DNA of 64,000 nt from Promethearchaeota archaeon (GTDB taxonomy: Archaea; Asgardarchaeota; Heimdallarchaeia; Hodarchaeales; Hodarchaeaceae). Every line of letters begins with the position of its first letter. Position 1 is the stretch's first letter. This document shows positions 19,343 through 29,638 of the stretch, one piece after another. The notes below the pieces were generated by a model. It was not told the origin of the DNA. It saw only the letters and a list, made by a program, of their open reading frames with translations, and searched no databases. The DNA lies in assembly GCA_048938105.1 (NCBI GenBank), contig JBHLMN010000011.1:32001-96000 (forward strand), written 5' to 3'. A program made the position numbers and the translations under genes.

Positions 19343-21259
19343 ATGAAACAAGAGTCAAGAAAGAACCATTTTTTAATATTTATACTCTTATCTGCCCTTA
19401 TATTATCACAATGCTCATCATTTGATCTGTATGGGATGAATAACAGGTTAAATTATGCGAAAACAGAAAAATATACCAGTACAATGGGTAAGAAGTCATT
19501 ACAAGAAATATCTAATTCAGTTCCAATATTACTAACGACATTATCTGATCATTCATATTCGGTAGAAGCAATCGAATTCTCTCCAGATGGACGAGCATTA
19601 GTCTCTGGAAGTAGTTCTGGAGATCTGATTATCTTTTTAACAGAAAACGGTAGTACTCTTGCATCTATGAACGATTACAGTGTTTCAGTAAGTATAATTA
19701 GTTTTCACGCTAAAGGGACGTTTTTTTCAGTAAATTATGACTATCCATCTGGTATTGGAATTTATAATACAAAAACGTTTTCAAGAGATTCGTTCCGTTC
19801 AAATTTCATCCCCGGAACATGGGGGGCCCCAAACCCAGGGATAAAGGATCTAGTATTTAGCTATAATTCATCATGTAACATGTATTTAGCTGCAATTGAT
19901 GAACCCATTATGTGCACGGTGGCGGATGAAGCTGGCAACATTATGATTTGGACAAATTATTTTTTTTGTCGAAAAAGCTTTTGGACGGTACCGACTGAAA
20001 ATTTATCCAATCTGGTTTTTAATTCAAATGCTCAAATACTAGCAACTGGAACCACTGATGGAGTCCTAGAATTATGGGATGTATCTTCGGGTACTCTACT
20101 AGACACATTGACAGGCCATACAAGCGGGATTCATAGTCTACAATTTACCTCAGACTCATCAGTCCTAGCTTCTGGATCAAACGGAACAATAAATCTATGG
20201 AACGTTTCCGATGGATCACTAATTCATACCTTGAATAATCATTCCGACATTGTCACCTGTTTAGCATTTCAACCTGGTGATTCAATCCTTGCTTCAGGTT
20301 CTACTGACCAAACGGTAAAAATCTGGAATGCTTCAGCAGGAACGTTGATAGAAACATTTTCAGGACATTCAGATACAATCAATAACCTTGCCTTCCATCC
20401 AGGAGGGTGGACATTAGCTTCAGCATCAGCGGATCGCACGATAAAAATGTGGAATATTCTACCAGCAGTAACACCATCAAATGCTACAGATTATGATTTC
20501 GATGGGATGCCCAATACATGGGAGGAAGCTCAGAACCTAGATCCTATGCATTTTTGGGACAAATTCCAAGACAATGATGGAGACAAGCTAAGTAATTATA
20601 TGGAGTACTTGGTAGGGACAGATCCTCACAATAGTGATTCTGATAACGACACAATAGATGATCACTATGAATATTTTAACCAATTAAACAACACCAGAAA
20701 TGATGCAAATGAAGACAGAGACGGTGATGGGATGCTAAATTGGTATGAATACCAGTGTGAACTTTGTGCTGACATAGATGATACCTTAGGAGATAATGAT
20801 GCTGATGGCTTAAGTAATCTAGAAGAATACCAGAACAATACTCTTGCTAATGACTATGATAGTGATGATGACGGTCTGAGCGACCATTGGGAATTAAAAT
20901 ATTCTAATACAAACCCATGGAAAAATGATACCGATGAAGACGGTATGCCAGACGGGTGGGAAGTGAACTACTATTTAGATCCCTTAGTTAACGATTCTAA
21001 TAAAGATCCGGATCGCGATGGTTACACAAACATAGAAGAATATATTAATGGAACCAATCCCATAGTATCTGAGATTTCGACCACCTCGAGTTCTACTACT
21101 ACCACTACTACAGCTTCCTCTACTTCAGAGGAAACAGAGGAATCTAAAACAAAAAAAGCCACTACAACAACAAAAGCTGATACATCACCTAGTTTCCTAT
21201 ATATTACGTGCCTAATGGTATTTATAGTTTTAATAGTGTTCTATCGACGACAGAGATAG
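19343..21259 (+). CDS. Cell-surface WD40 beta-propeller protein with DxDxDG Ca-binding (TSP3-like) repeats and C-terminal anchor
   Basis: Signal peptide; GH...W(D/N) repeats; multiple D.DGDG...E repeats; Thr/Ser stalk; SPSF + TM + RRQR. Confidence 0.9.
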   Translation: MKQESRKNHFLIFILLSALILSQCSSFDLYGMNNRLNYAKTEKYTSTMGKKSLQEISNSVPILLTTLSDHSYSVEAIEFSPDGRALVSGSSSGDLIIFLTENGSTLASMNDYSVSVSIISFHAKGTFFSVNYDYPSGIGIYNTKTFSRDSFRSNFIPGTWGAPNPGIKDLVFSYNSSCNMYLAAIDEPIMCTVADEAGNIMIWTNYFFCRKSFWTVPTENLSNLVFNSNAQILATGTTDGVLELWDVSSGTLLDTLTGHTSGIHSLQFTSDSSVLASGSNGTINLWNVSDGSLIHTLNNHSDIVTCLAFQPGDSILASGSTDQTVKIWNASAGTLIETFSGHSDTINNLAFHPGGWTLASASADRTIKMWNILPAVTPSNATDYDFDGMPNTWEEAQNLDPMHFWDKFQDNDGDKLSNYMEYLVGTDPHNSDSDNDTIDDHYEYFNQLNNTRNDANEDRDGDGMLNWYEYQCELCADIDDTLGDNDADGLSNLEEYQNNTLANDYDSDDDGLSDHWELKYSNTNPWKNDTDEDGMPDGWEVNYYLDPLVNDSNKDPDRDGYTNIEEYINGTNPIVSEISTTSSSTTTTTTASSTSEETEESKTKKATTTTKADTSPSFLYITCLMVFIVLIVFYRRQR

Positions 21260-21345
21260 CCAATATTTTCAAATAACTTTCAATGTGCTTGTAGCATCTG
21301 ATTTATTTAATTGGAAGAAACTTCCGATTTAGGTAGGCCTGAGAA

Positions 21346-21429
21346 TGTTTATTTGGCCGTCTGTAACAAACACTAAGCGCATCACCCCTCTCTCCTCCAC
21401 AAAAACCACCCCAGACCCAAGAAGAAACC
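21346..21429 (-). repeat. 84-bp diverged copy of part of the LRR gene (36288-36371)
   Basis: Manual ungapped alignment: 75/84 identical, same orientation. Confidence 0.9.
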
Positions 21430-21609
21430 GAAATTTCGAGTTGAAAGATCTGTCCAAAGAATTAGGTAGGTTTAGGTTATAAATTAGATAAAGTGAATCC
21501 CTCTATCTTTTCACATTGTCGTACGAGAAGGGAGAATGAAATCAGCTTAATATCATTCAGAAAAGATATAATTTGAATAGAGTAGGTCTCTTAAAAATAT
21601 CTATCAAGT

Positions 21610-23703
21610 ATGGTGGACAAGTTGAGTAAGCTAAAGAGAGATTCGGAGATACGAGCAGAATATCCTCGCACAGAAAAGAAAATAGTGACTGAACACATGC
21701 ATGGGGTTCCAATTCAAGATTCCTATCAGTGGTTAGAAGAAACAAGTGATACTACTGTGGCTTCGTGGATTGAGGCGCAAAATCAACTCACAGACGAGGT
21801 ACTGAATAACTTACGAAAGAAGGATTCGATTAAAAAGCGGTTAACACAATTACAGTACCGTGACGAAGTTCTTAAAGTTAAGGAAAGTCGAAATGGTTTA
21901 TTTATTCTTAAAAAGCTCGCAAGTGAGGAGCAACCCATATTGTATTTCCAACCTCGCGACACACCTGAAACAGAACAGGTGTTAGTAAATACAAATCAAA
22001 TTGATCCAGCAGGAACCACATCATTAGATTACTATTACCCAAGTCACGATGGCAAAACACTTGCTTATGGATTGTCCGAAGGAGGATCGGAATGGGCGAC
22101 CCTTTATCTTCTGGATGTTAACACTGGGAACCAATTGAAAGAGAAAATTGAAAGAGCAAAATGGTCTTTAATTCAATGGACAAGTGACGATTCAGCATTT
22201 TACTACACACGATTTCCTAAACCAGGAGAAGTTCCACCAGGAGAAGAGGTTTTTGGATCACATGTACGTTATCATAAGCTAGGAGCAAATCCTGATAAGG
22301 ATCCAATCATTTTTGAAAATCCTGACAATCCTCAAGAATATCCCTATCCTGTGTTATCACCTGATGATTCATTCATGATTGTAAGATCGTATCGGTTTAC
22401 AGCGGCAGATCTGTACATTGTAGATTTAACAACAAGTCCTCCCCAAAAAAAACCAATTGTCATTGAGAGTCAATGGCTCCTTACTCCTTTTATTGGAAAA
22501 AATCGGATTTTTATTCTCAGTAACCATGAATCACCAAATTTCGGGTTTTACAGTGCAGCGAAAGATAATTTAGAGATGACATCCTGGGAGACCATATTAA
22601 AGCCCCAAGCAGACATTCTTCAAGATGTTCAATTGGTGTCAGACAAAATCATGGCACTATGGCTCCATGATGTCAAAAGTAGAGTAACACTTAACGAACT
22701 AGATGGAACTTTTGCATCTGATATTCCCATCCCAAAGGTAGGTGCAGTGGATCCATTAAATATGGGTGGGGGCTTTAGTGGTGGTTTAGCTTATAATGAT
22801 GTTTATTTCAATTACATGTCTTTTTTTCAAGCACCAACAACATATAAATATACTATCTCTTCAGGAAATCTTACAGAATTCTTTAATCCTGATTTAGGTC
22901 TGGATCCGTCTCTATACAAGATTACTGAAGTATGGTATCCCTCGAAGGATGGAACAAAAGTACATATGTTTATCGTTCATCCTCACAACATGTCAAAAAC
23001 GGGGAGAAACCCCACAATTCTCTCTGGGTATGGAGGATTTAATATCAGTAACACTCCATTCTTTTCACCCAACTATATCCACTGGATAGAAGAGGGAGGA
23101 GTATTTGCACTAGCGAACATTCGTGGTGGAGGAGAGTATGGCGATGATTGGCATAAGGCTGGAAACCTAGATAAAAAACAGAATGTCTTTGACGATTTTA
23201 TAGCTGCTGCAGAATCCCTGATTCAAGAAGGATATTGTTCACCGGATACATTAGCTATTGTTGGAGGAAGTAATGGAGGACTATTAGTAGGCGCGGTAAC
23301 CGTACAACGACCAGAACTTTTCACAGCAGTTTATTGTGCGGTTCCCCTTCTAGATATGCTGCATTATCATCACTTTTCCATTGGGAAAACATGGATCCCC
23401 GAATATGGAGATCCAGATAAACCCGAGGATTTCCAATGGCTCTTGGCTTATTCACCCTATCATCATGTTAAACTAGATGTGGAATACCCCGCTATTTTGC
23501 TTAAGACCGCAGTGAACGACAGTAGAGTTGATCCAAGTCATGCACTAAAGATGACAGCCTTAATGCAGAGCAATACCAAGACAACCAAGCCTATCTTATT
23601 ACGAGTTGAATCGGCAGCTGGCCATGGAGTGGGACGTTCTATCACCAAATTAATTACTGAAGGGACAGAAATGCTGTCGTTCTTTCATTGGCGCCTTAAA
23701 TAA
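21610..23703 (+). CDS. Prolyl oligopeptidase (S9A)
   Basis: DSYQWLE, NIRGGGEYG, GGSNGG (catalytic Ser), DSRV, AGHG. Confidence 0.95.
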   Translation: MVDKLSKLKRDSEIRAEYPRTEKKIVTEHMHGVPIQDSYQWLEETSDTTVASWIEAQNQLTDEVLNNLRKKDSIKKRLTQLQYRDEVLKVKESRNGLFILKKLASEEQPILYFQPRDTPETEQVLVNTNQIDPAGTTSLDYYYPSHDGKTLAYGLSEGGSEWATLYLLDVNTGNQLKEKIERAKWSLIQWTSDDSAFYYTRFPKPGEVPPGEEVFGSHVRYHKLGANPDKDPIIFENPDNPQEYPYPVLSPDDSFMIVRSYRFTAADLYIVDLTTSPPQKKPIVIESQWLLTPFIGKNRIFILSNHESPNFGFYSAAKDNLEMTSWETILKPQADILQDVQLVSDKIMALWLHDVKSRVTLNELDGTFASDIPIPKVGAVDPLNMGGGFSGGLAYNDVYFNYMSFFQAPTTYKYTISSGNLTEFFNPDLGLDPSLYKITEVWYPSKDGTKVHMFIVHPHNMSKTGRNPTILSGYGGFNISNTPFFSPNYIHWIEEGGVFALANIRGGGEYGDDWHKAGNLDKKQNVFDDFIAAAESLIQEGYCSPDTLAIVGGSNGGLLVGAVTVQRPELFTAVYCAVPLLDMLHYHHFSIGKTWIPEYGDPDKPEDFQWLLAYSPYHHVKLDVEYPAILLKTAVNDSRVDPSHALKMTALMQSNTKTTKPILLRVESAAGHGVGRSITKLITEGTEMLSFFHWRLK

Positions 23704-23872
23704 TTATGATGAAAAGCTAGTTGAATTAAATAATTCTTCTTCTTTATCTAGACCACTTCTAGGTTGAGTAACGAAAGGCAAATTAATTAATTTTTTTTTA
23801 TTTAGCTTTTATTCTATAAATAATTTATTATCTTCTTCTTTCCATTAAGTAGATACATTTAAGAGGATAAAA

Positions 23873-24376
23873 ATGTCAAAAAAAGGTCAAAAAGATAATA
23901 TTGGACTGGTATTGTCAAATCAATTTGCTAGTAGTTGGAAAATGCTACGACAAGCAATTAAAAATGTCCCTGATACTTATTGGTCTAAAGAAATTAATGA
24001 TTGGTCTTTTTCCTGGAATATTTATCATATCATTGAAACAGCTGATTATTATAAACAATCCACTCCTACAGGAATGGAATGGGGAAAAAGAGTAAATATT
24101 AATTTGAAAGCAGATTCTGAAAATACTATTAAACAGAAAAAAGCCAAAATAACGAAAGATCAATTGTTAGGTTACCTCGAGGAGATTGAAGACCAGGTTT
24201 CTGATTTATTAGAAAATTCCAGTGATGAAGAGTTATTAGGAAAGGACGAATTTGATGATGGGCATCTTATCATTCTTGAAAAAATCCTTTACCTCTTAAG
24301 ACATAATATGCATCATATTGGAGAATTGAATAAAGCATTACGAGACTGGCAATGTGAGAGAATAAAATGGCAATAA
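23873..24376 (+). CDS. DinB/YfiT-like four-helix protein
   Basis: WNIYHI and RHNMHHIGEL His motifs. Confidence 0.82.
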   Translation: MSKKGQKDNIGLVLSNQFASSWKMLRQAIKNVPDTYWSKEINDWSFSWNIYHIIETADYYKQSTPTGMEWGKRVNINLKADSENTIKQKKAKITKDQLLGYLEEIEDQVSDLLENSSDEELLGKDEFDDGHLIILEKILYLLRHNMHHIGELNKALRDWQCERIKWQ

Positions 24377-24522
24377 AGTGGATTCCTACATAATCTATCC
24401 ATTTCAAATTGTCACTCCAGATAATATCATAGTTATTTTTCTCTCTCATTCCACTCCTTTAGAATAGTGTTTTCAGTTTAATTCAGCTTGATTATCAATG
24501 TTTCATTATTTCTAGCTGTTTT

Positions 24523-27500
24523 TCACCTCTTTTTTCCCGATATTTTTTGTTTAATACGTGAAACTATTGCCACTAGAAACAGTGACAAGAGAATAGCAAG
24601 GATTGGAATGGGTGTTCCCTCTGTTGTCATTTCTGAAGTCATTGTCGTAGTTTTTGTTGAGGTTGTGGTAGTAGTTTCCGAAGTCATTGTCGTAGTGGGA
24701 GTGGTTGTTGCTGAAATTACTTCAACAATAAACACCTCACCATTATCAGCGATGAATTGAATATTCCCAGCCACATCGATCGCAACAGGAATGAAATAAT
24801 ATGTCCCCAAAGAGGAAGTGGGTAATTTGAAATTATAAGATCCATCAGAATCTAGATCGAGAATCTCGGTAATCTGAATCTCTTCTTCATTGAATGCCCA
24901 GACAAGTAACACCCTATCGATTCCGCTTGAGATTTCATTTGTAGGTGTTGGATCTTGAACATTCACGGAAAAGGACAGATCATCACCTTGCGTAACTTGA
25001 TTCGGGATAGCATCAAGCATGTTCATTACTGGAGCTGAGATGTCACCCGTATCAATTAACAATTCAATGTAGCCAGTAGCATTGACTTTTCTTCCCGCAT
25101 ATGACTCCCCAAACACGGTAACATCTATTTGTGCATTCCCTCCAGGATAATTCAATGGCACTTCAACAATAAAGCCATCACCACTTGAAACTTGATCTAT
25201 TAAATCACCATAAATACTACTTGCATTGTAGAGAAAGAGCTCAGAGGATGTGTTAGCTGATCCTGATACTCTGAATCCCACATTATCGACTTGGATATTG
25301 ATATAGAGTAAGAAAATCTCTCCTGGATCAGGAATCCCATCGTCATTCCCATAGACAGAATCATCGATGGAATAACTTAGCAGAGTGATGATAGGCGTGG
25401 GTAATTCTGTAATATCAATCGTAATATTGAAAACTTGAGCTACTTCATGCCCTTTCACGTCTTTTGCTATCAGGTACAATGTAAATGTCGCGGTTTGATT
25501 CCTAGCTGTTTTTGGTATTTCGATTGTAGCCTTGGTAGATGTAGTGCTTGCTGCAGCAGCAACATCACCAATGGTCACATTGGCTTTAGTAATATTTAGA
25601 TCAGGATTATCGGTAGTTATGATTCCTGAAACATCAAAGGCATTGCCTTCCCCGATATTTTGTACAGTAAATTCAATTTTAACCGTTTCGCCCGCTTCAA
25701 ACAAGCCATCAGAATCAGGTTCATATCCCACAGCTGAGACAATATCAAATTCAGGTTTTGGTAAAAATATGGGGATTGCGAAGTAAAGTAAATCAATATA
25801 AGCATACGTTGCGTCTTCATAATAGACATAGAAGTAGAGATAAATCAACCCATCGTCATGAGCAGTTGTAGTAGATATATTAACAAATCCTAGTGTCGTT
25901 GATGAACCTATTGATAGACTTGAGGAGTTTGTAATCCCATTAACTAAAGTCGCAGTATTAATCGTATCTGTATCGAATGCACTAATTACTGATAACTCAG
26001 CATAGGTTATATCAGTAGATCCGCGGTTTGTGACATTGAAGTATATCCCCACTGGGTCACCTGTTTTCCAATAAGTCCCAGGATGATCTAGAAAGATCGC
26101 ACTGATTTCCAGATAGGAATCTCCAGGCTGAACCACGCGGAAATATAGTTCGTAGAAGTTAGTATAAGTTGAGCCATTGGTAGCTAAATATTCAAATGTT
26201 GCATTAGCGAGGATAAAACTTCCTGAGTAAGCTGATGGAATGGAAAACTGAAATCCAGAGTGGAGATCATAATTCCCTCGATTTCGTTCGAGGAGCGATG
26301 TTGAGTCTTGCCCTGAAACGGTCACATTCACTGAGTCAACCGTTGAGTTTACCCCAAGCGCGGATCCATCCCCGAGATTAGTAATCCATACAGAAAAGTC
26401 AACAATATCACCAGGTTCAAGGATACCGTCATTATCTCCATTCACATCAGAAAAGTTATAATTCACCCCAAAGACAAAAGGAAGCTTTTCAGAAGGATTA
26501 ACATTAATCGCTAAATTTAAGGTATCAATATTTTCTGTTTGTAAATGAGCTTTTGCGATAGGGAATGAAAATATTGGAAAACTAAATGGTAGCTTAAATA
26601 TTGCAAGCCCTATGGTTATGTCCAAATAAAATACTAAGCTCAATGTTGCCTCCATATCAAAATCAAATAGATCTGTAGTAATAACATTATCAGAATAAAA
26701 TTCAGGAAGTTCTAGTGAAAATGATTGAATACTTCCATCTTTTCTCCATTCAAGTTTGTTAGTGGATAACCTTGCTGCCAAATCATTCGATTTTACTGAT
26801 GCAGTAAAATCCGAATCGATTTGAGGTCCAATAGAAACTCCAATATTGAGTAATGGAATTGCTACAGGAAATTGAACACCTCTTTTTTCGAGAATGGCCT
26901 TTCCATCCATAGGAGTATTAAAAACCCATTTTTTACTGAAAGGGAGACTCCCTGTGCCTGGGCCAATAACTGGGCCAATCCCAAATATTTGAGCCTTGAA
27001 AAAATAGTCTAGGCCAAATTCGACTGAAAACCCTGCATTCGCTTGATAATTCTCATCAACAATTGTTTGAGTAATGATCTGGGTTCGATCATTTGCATTC
27101 ATAGTCGTGTTTCTATAAGTTGCAAGAATAACAGGCATACTGGAGAAAAACGTTGTGGTGATAGTTTGATTAAGATTATACTGAATAACCCCAGAGGTAT
27201 CTTCTTGATGCGATTTGGATTGATAGACTTTATTATAAGTAAAATTCAGAAGCCAATAATCGACGCTATCATAAGCAATATTCGTTTGAGACGATTGGAT
27301 ACTGTTTAAAGGGAAGATCGATAACTCTTTTGTGCCTGAGATCTCCTCTAGTTCTGAATACACAGTTTGAGTATAGGATTCTTGAGTAAGTAAGTCATTA
27401 AAATTGCTGACACTAATAGGAGATTCATCTTGAATTGTATCTATTTGCTTTGGTTCAGGTGGGATAGTCACCAATAAACTAATAAACACAGAAATCAGCA

Positions 27501-27537
27501 GTATGCTTATAATAGTAAGCATAACTGGTTTTTTCAT
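24523..27537 (-). CDS. Large cell-surface glycoprotein with CARDB/Ig-like repeats and C-terminal anchor
   Basis: N-terminal signal/TM; repeated D.NGD.DG.(L/P)(E/D)PG(D/E) and NxGxG motifs; many N-x-S/T sequons; Thr-rich stalk; TP + TM + basic tail. Confidence 0.88.
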   Translation of the reverse strand: MKKPVMLTIISILLISVFISLLVTIPPEPKQIDTIQDESPISVSNFNDLLTQESYTQTVYSELEEISGTKELSIFPLNSIQSSQTNIAYDSVDYWLLNFTYNKVYQSKSHQEDTSGVIQYNLNQTITTTFFSSMPVILATYRNTTMNANDRTQIITQTIVDENYQANAGFSVEFGLDYFFKAQIFGIGPVIGPGTGSLPFSKKWVFNTPMDGKAILEKRGVQFPVAIPLLNIGVSIGPQIDSDFTASVKSNDLAARLSTNKLEWRKDGSIQSFSLELPEFYSDNVITTDLFDFDMEATLSLVFYLDITIGLAIFKLPFSFPIFSFPIAKAHLQTENIDTLNLAINVNPSEKLPFVFGVNYNFSDVNGDNDGILEPGDIVDFSVWITNLGDGSALGVNSTVDSVNVTVSGQDSTSLLERNRGNYDLHSGFQFSIPSAYSGSFILANATFEYLATNGSTYTNFYELYFRVVQPGDSYLEISAIFLDHPGTYWKTGDPVGIYFNVTNRGSTDITYAELSVISAFDTDTINTATLVNGITNSSSLSIGSSTTLGFVNISTTTAHDDGLIYLYFYVYYEDATYAYIDLLYFAIPIFLPKPEFDIVSAVGYEPDSDGLFEAGETVKIEFTVQNIGEGNAFDVSGIITTDNPDLNITKANVTIGDVAAAASTTSTKATIEIPKTARNQTATFTLYLIAKDVKGHEVAQVFNITIDITELPTPIITLLSYSIDDSVYGNDDGIPDPGEIFLLYINIQVDNVGFRVSGSANTSSELFLYNASSIYGDLIDQVSSGDGFIVEVPLNYPGGNAQIDVTVFGESYAGRKVNATGYIELLIDTGDISAPVMNMLDAIPNQVTQGDDLSFSVNVQDPTPTNEISSGIDRVLLVWAFNEEEIQITEILDLDSDGSYNFKLPTSSLGTYYFIPVAIDVAGNIQFIADNGEVFIVEVISATTTPTTTMTSETTTTTSTKTTTMTSEMTTEGTPIPILAILLSLFLVAIVSRIKQKISGKKR
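24635..24696. repeat. 17-bp direct repeat (45-bp period) in the Thr-rich stalk coding region
   Basis: gaagtcattgtcgtagt at 24635-24651 and 24680-24696. Confidence 0.85.
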
Positions 27538-28140
27538 GACATTACCTCCACTATATCACGTCTTCTCTTTGAGATTTTTTAAACAATTAAGATATAAGAA
27601 ATGACATTTTCTTGAGGTTACATTGTTTCGACTGTTTGTTTCCTAGTTCCCAAAATTTTTTCGTAAACCTCCTTATTGCCCTCTAATAGCGCTTTCATTA
27701 AGATCAAAATCACTCAATAGATTTTAGCTCAATACAACCTGAAGAAAGCCCCTACCGCCATCTCTTGGGTAATACGTTAATTAGTTCAAGGATTATATTT
27801 GCGAGAATACATAAGGACTTAGAATGAGCTGGAAATACTAATTTTACCCTCCTTTGTAATTTTCAAAGGGAAGTTGCTTTGGCAAGGAGCAGGGAAAGAA
27901 TCACCTCATCAATGTTCAATTTGGTTTTGGTGAAAGTAAAATTATGTAAGGAATACTCCTCAGCAGAGATTTTTATAGCAAAAATCCTAGAACAAATAAC
28001 CTCTTGGAAAATGTATTTTTTTATCCCTGATATCTATTTAAAGTCTTATACCTACGCATTCAGGAACCTATTCCTTCGACGAGTAAGAGTGGGATAGGGA
28101 AAATTGATTGTGATTTTAGTAAAAGTAGGTGGTGTGAGAA

Positions 28141-28935
28141 TTGAGACCTTATTCTATGGATATATCTAAGAAATTTAAGCAAAGTATTGAGCTACTAGTA
28201 GGTGATATTACAACTTTAGATGTTGAGGCGATTGTAAATCCAACAGATGCTCATATGACGATGGTTGGTGGATTGAGTCCCAAGATCAAGAGCGTTGGAG
28301 GTCAGGAACTAATTGATGAAGTTGAAAAACTCCGCGGAGATCTGACTAAATTAAATCTAGGAGACGTCCTCGTTTCAACAGGCGGAAACTTACCTGCTAA
28401 AAAGGTTTTCCATGCTCTTTTACCTCCATTGCAGAGAAGAGAGACCATTTTTGAAATAAATCCTGCAGATGTTTTTAACATCATGGAAAAAATCTTAAAC
28501 TTAGCTAAGACCGAAGGATTGAAAAGTATAGCCATACCCGAACTGGGTACTACTGGTGTATTTGGACTTGACCCCAAGGTGTCTGCTGAATCGATGTTGA
28601 ATGCACTCACTAATTTCTTTAGCGAGGAGGAGCTACCAATGAAGACCATAATCGTTCTATCTAAAAAAGAACTATTCGAACCATTTAAAACACAACTTGA
28701 AGACCACCAAATAGCTTTAAGAAAACCAGAAGAAATAGCACAAGAATTTAAGACTCAAATTGAAGAAATTTTTCAACAAGAAGGAGCAAAGGTCGTCCCA
28801 ATGAATGAAATTGTCCAAAAGCTTCAGTTATCAAGTCCACTTAATCTTGCTGATTTACTCCTGGAACACCCTATCCCTGAATATGATTTTGATTGGGATA
28901 GAAAAGTGATAAAACGGGTCACAAAGAGGAGATAG
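28141..28935 (+). CDS. Macrodomain (ADP-ribose-binding) protein with a small C-terminal helical/wHTH-like domain
   Basis: VGDITTLDVEAIVNP, STGGNLPAKKVFHA, SIAIPELGTTGVFG; ggtggtg RBS. Confidence 0.88.
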   Translation: MRPYSMDISKKFKQSIELLVGDITTLDVEAIVNPTDAHMTMVGGLSPKIKSVGGQELIDEVEKLRGDLTKLNLGDVLVSTGGNLPAKKVFHALLPPLQRRETIFEINPADVFNIMEKILNLAKTEGLKSIAIPELGTTGVFGLDPKVSAESMLNALTNFFSEEELPMKTIIVLSKKELFEPFKTQLEDHQIALRKPEEIAQEFKTQIEEIFQQEGAKVVPMNEIVQKLQLSSPLNLADLLLEHPIPEYDFDWDRKVIKRVTKRR

Positions 28936-28937
28936 AA

Positions 28938-29591
28938 ATGCCAGAAAGTATTGATGAAAAAGTCTATCAGGTTTTTCGATTTATCTCACGTAGAAGTTAT
29001 CAAGGTCAGAAACATACCACCCTTATTGACACAGTCGTTGCAAAATACTTCAACCAAGACCAAGCTGAATTTGATTCGTTCATTGATAAGTGCCCGATAG
29101 AATTTAACATTGATGATAATAACAAAACAATCAGCATAAAAGATGCTATCGCTACATACAGACACGGAATCCGATGTATTATAGAAGAGACTAATGCAGT
29201 AGAAACTGATTATGATGAGAAAATTGAAGGTTATAGTAAGTATAACTTATATTTGGGGATAGCTGTCATTATAATTGCAGCAATTGCAGCCACCTCAGCT
29301 TTTCAAATAATAGATCAATTCTTTGGTGGTTTATTAGCTGCAATTGTCGCTAGTGTTAGTACAATTCAGACTGTATTGAAAGAAAAGCATTTTGACCCTG
29401 AGACAAAAGAATCAAGAGAGAAAATATCAGAATGCCATAAATTATCTACTCGGGCTAGTACCATATACACCAAGCTTATTGAAAAACTTTGCAAAGACCC
29501 TGACAAATTCATAAAAGATTACGAGGACTTAACTGGAGACTACAATAAAATACGAAACAAGAAATCAAAATTGTGTATTGATGGTGAGTAA
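28938..29591 (+). CDS. SLATT-like two-TM protein with an N-terminal soluble domain
   Basis: YSKYNLYLGIAVIIIAAIAATSAF...GLLAAIVASVSTIQTVL followed by a polar helical tail, matching the SLATT/DUF4231 layout by eye. Confidence 0.65.
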   Translation: MPESIDEKVYQVFRFISRRSYQGQKHTTLIDTVVAKYFNQDQAEFDSFIDKCPIEFNIDDNNKTISIKDAIATYRHGIRCIIEETNAVETDYDEKIEGYSKYNLYLGIAVIIIAAIAATSAFQIIDQFFGGLLAAIVASVSTIQTVLKEKHFDPETKESREKISECHKLSTRASTIYTKLIEKLCKDPDKFIKDYEDLTGDYNKIRNKKSKLCIDGE

Positions 29592-29638
29592 ATCAAATCA
29601 ATGAGAAAAAGAGGAATAGGGAAAGTTACCGAATATAA

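Noticed and set aside
21346-21429. DGR template/variable repeat pair with 36288-36371
   Set aside because: The 9 mismatches are not confined to adenines on either strand, and no reverse transcriptase is present in the window
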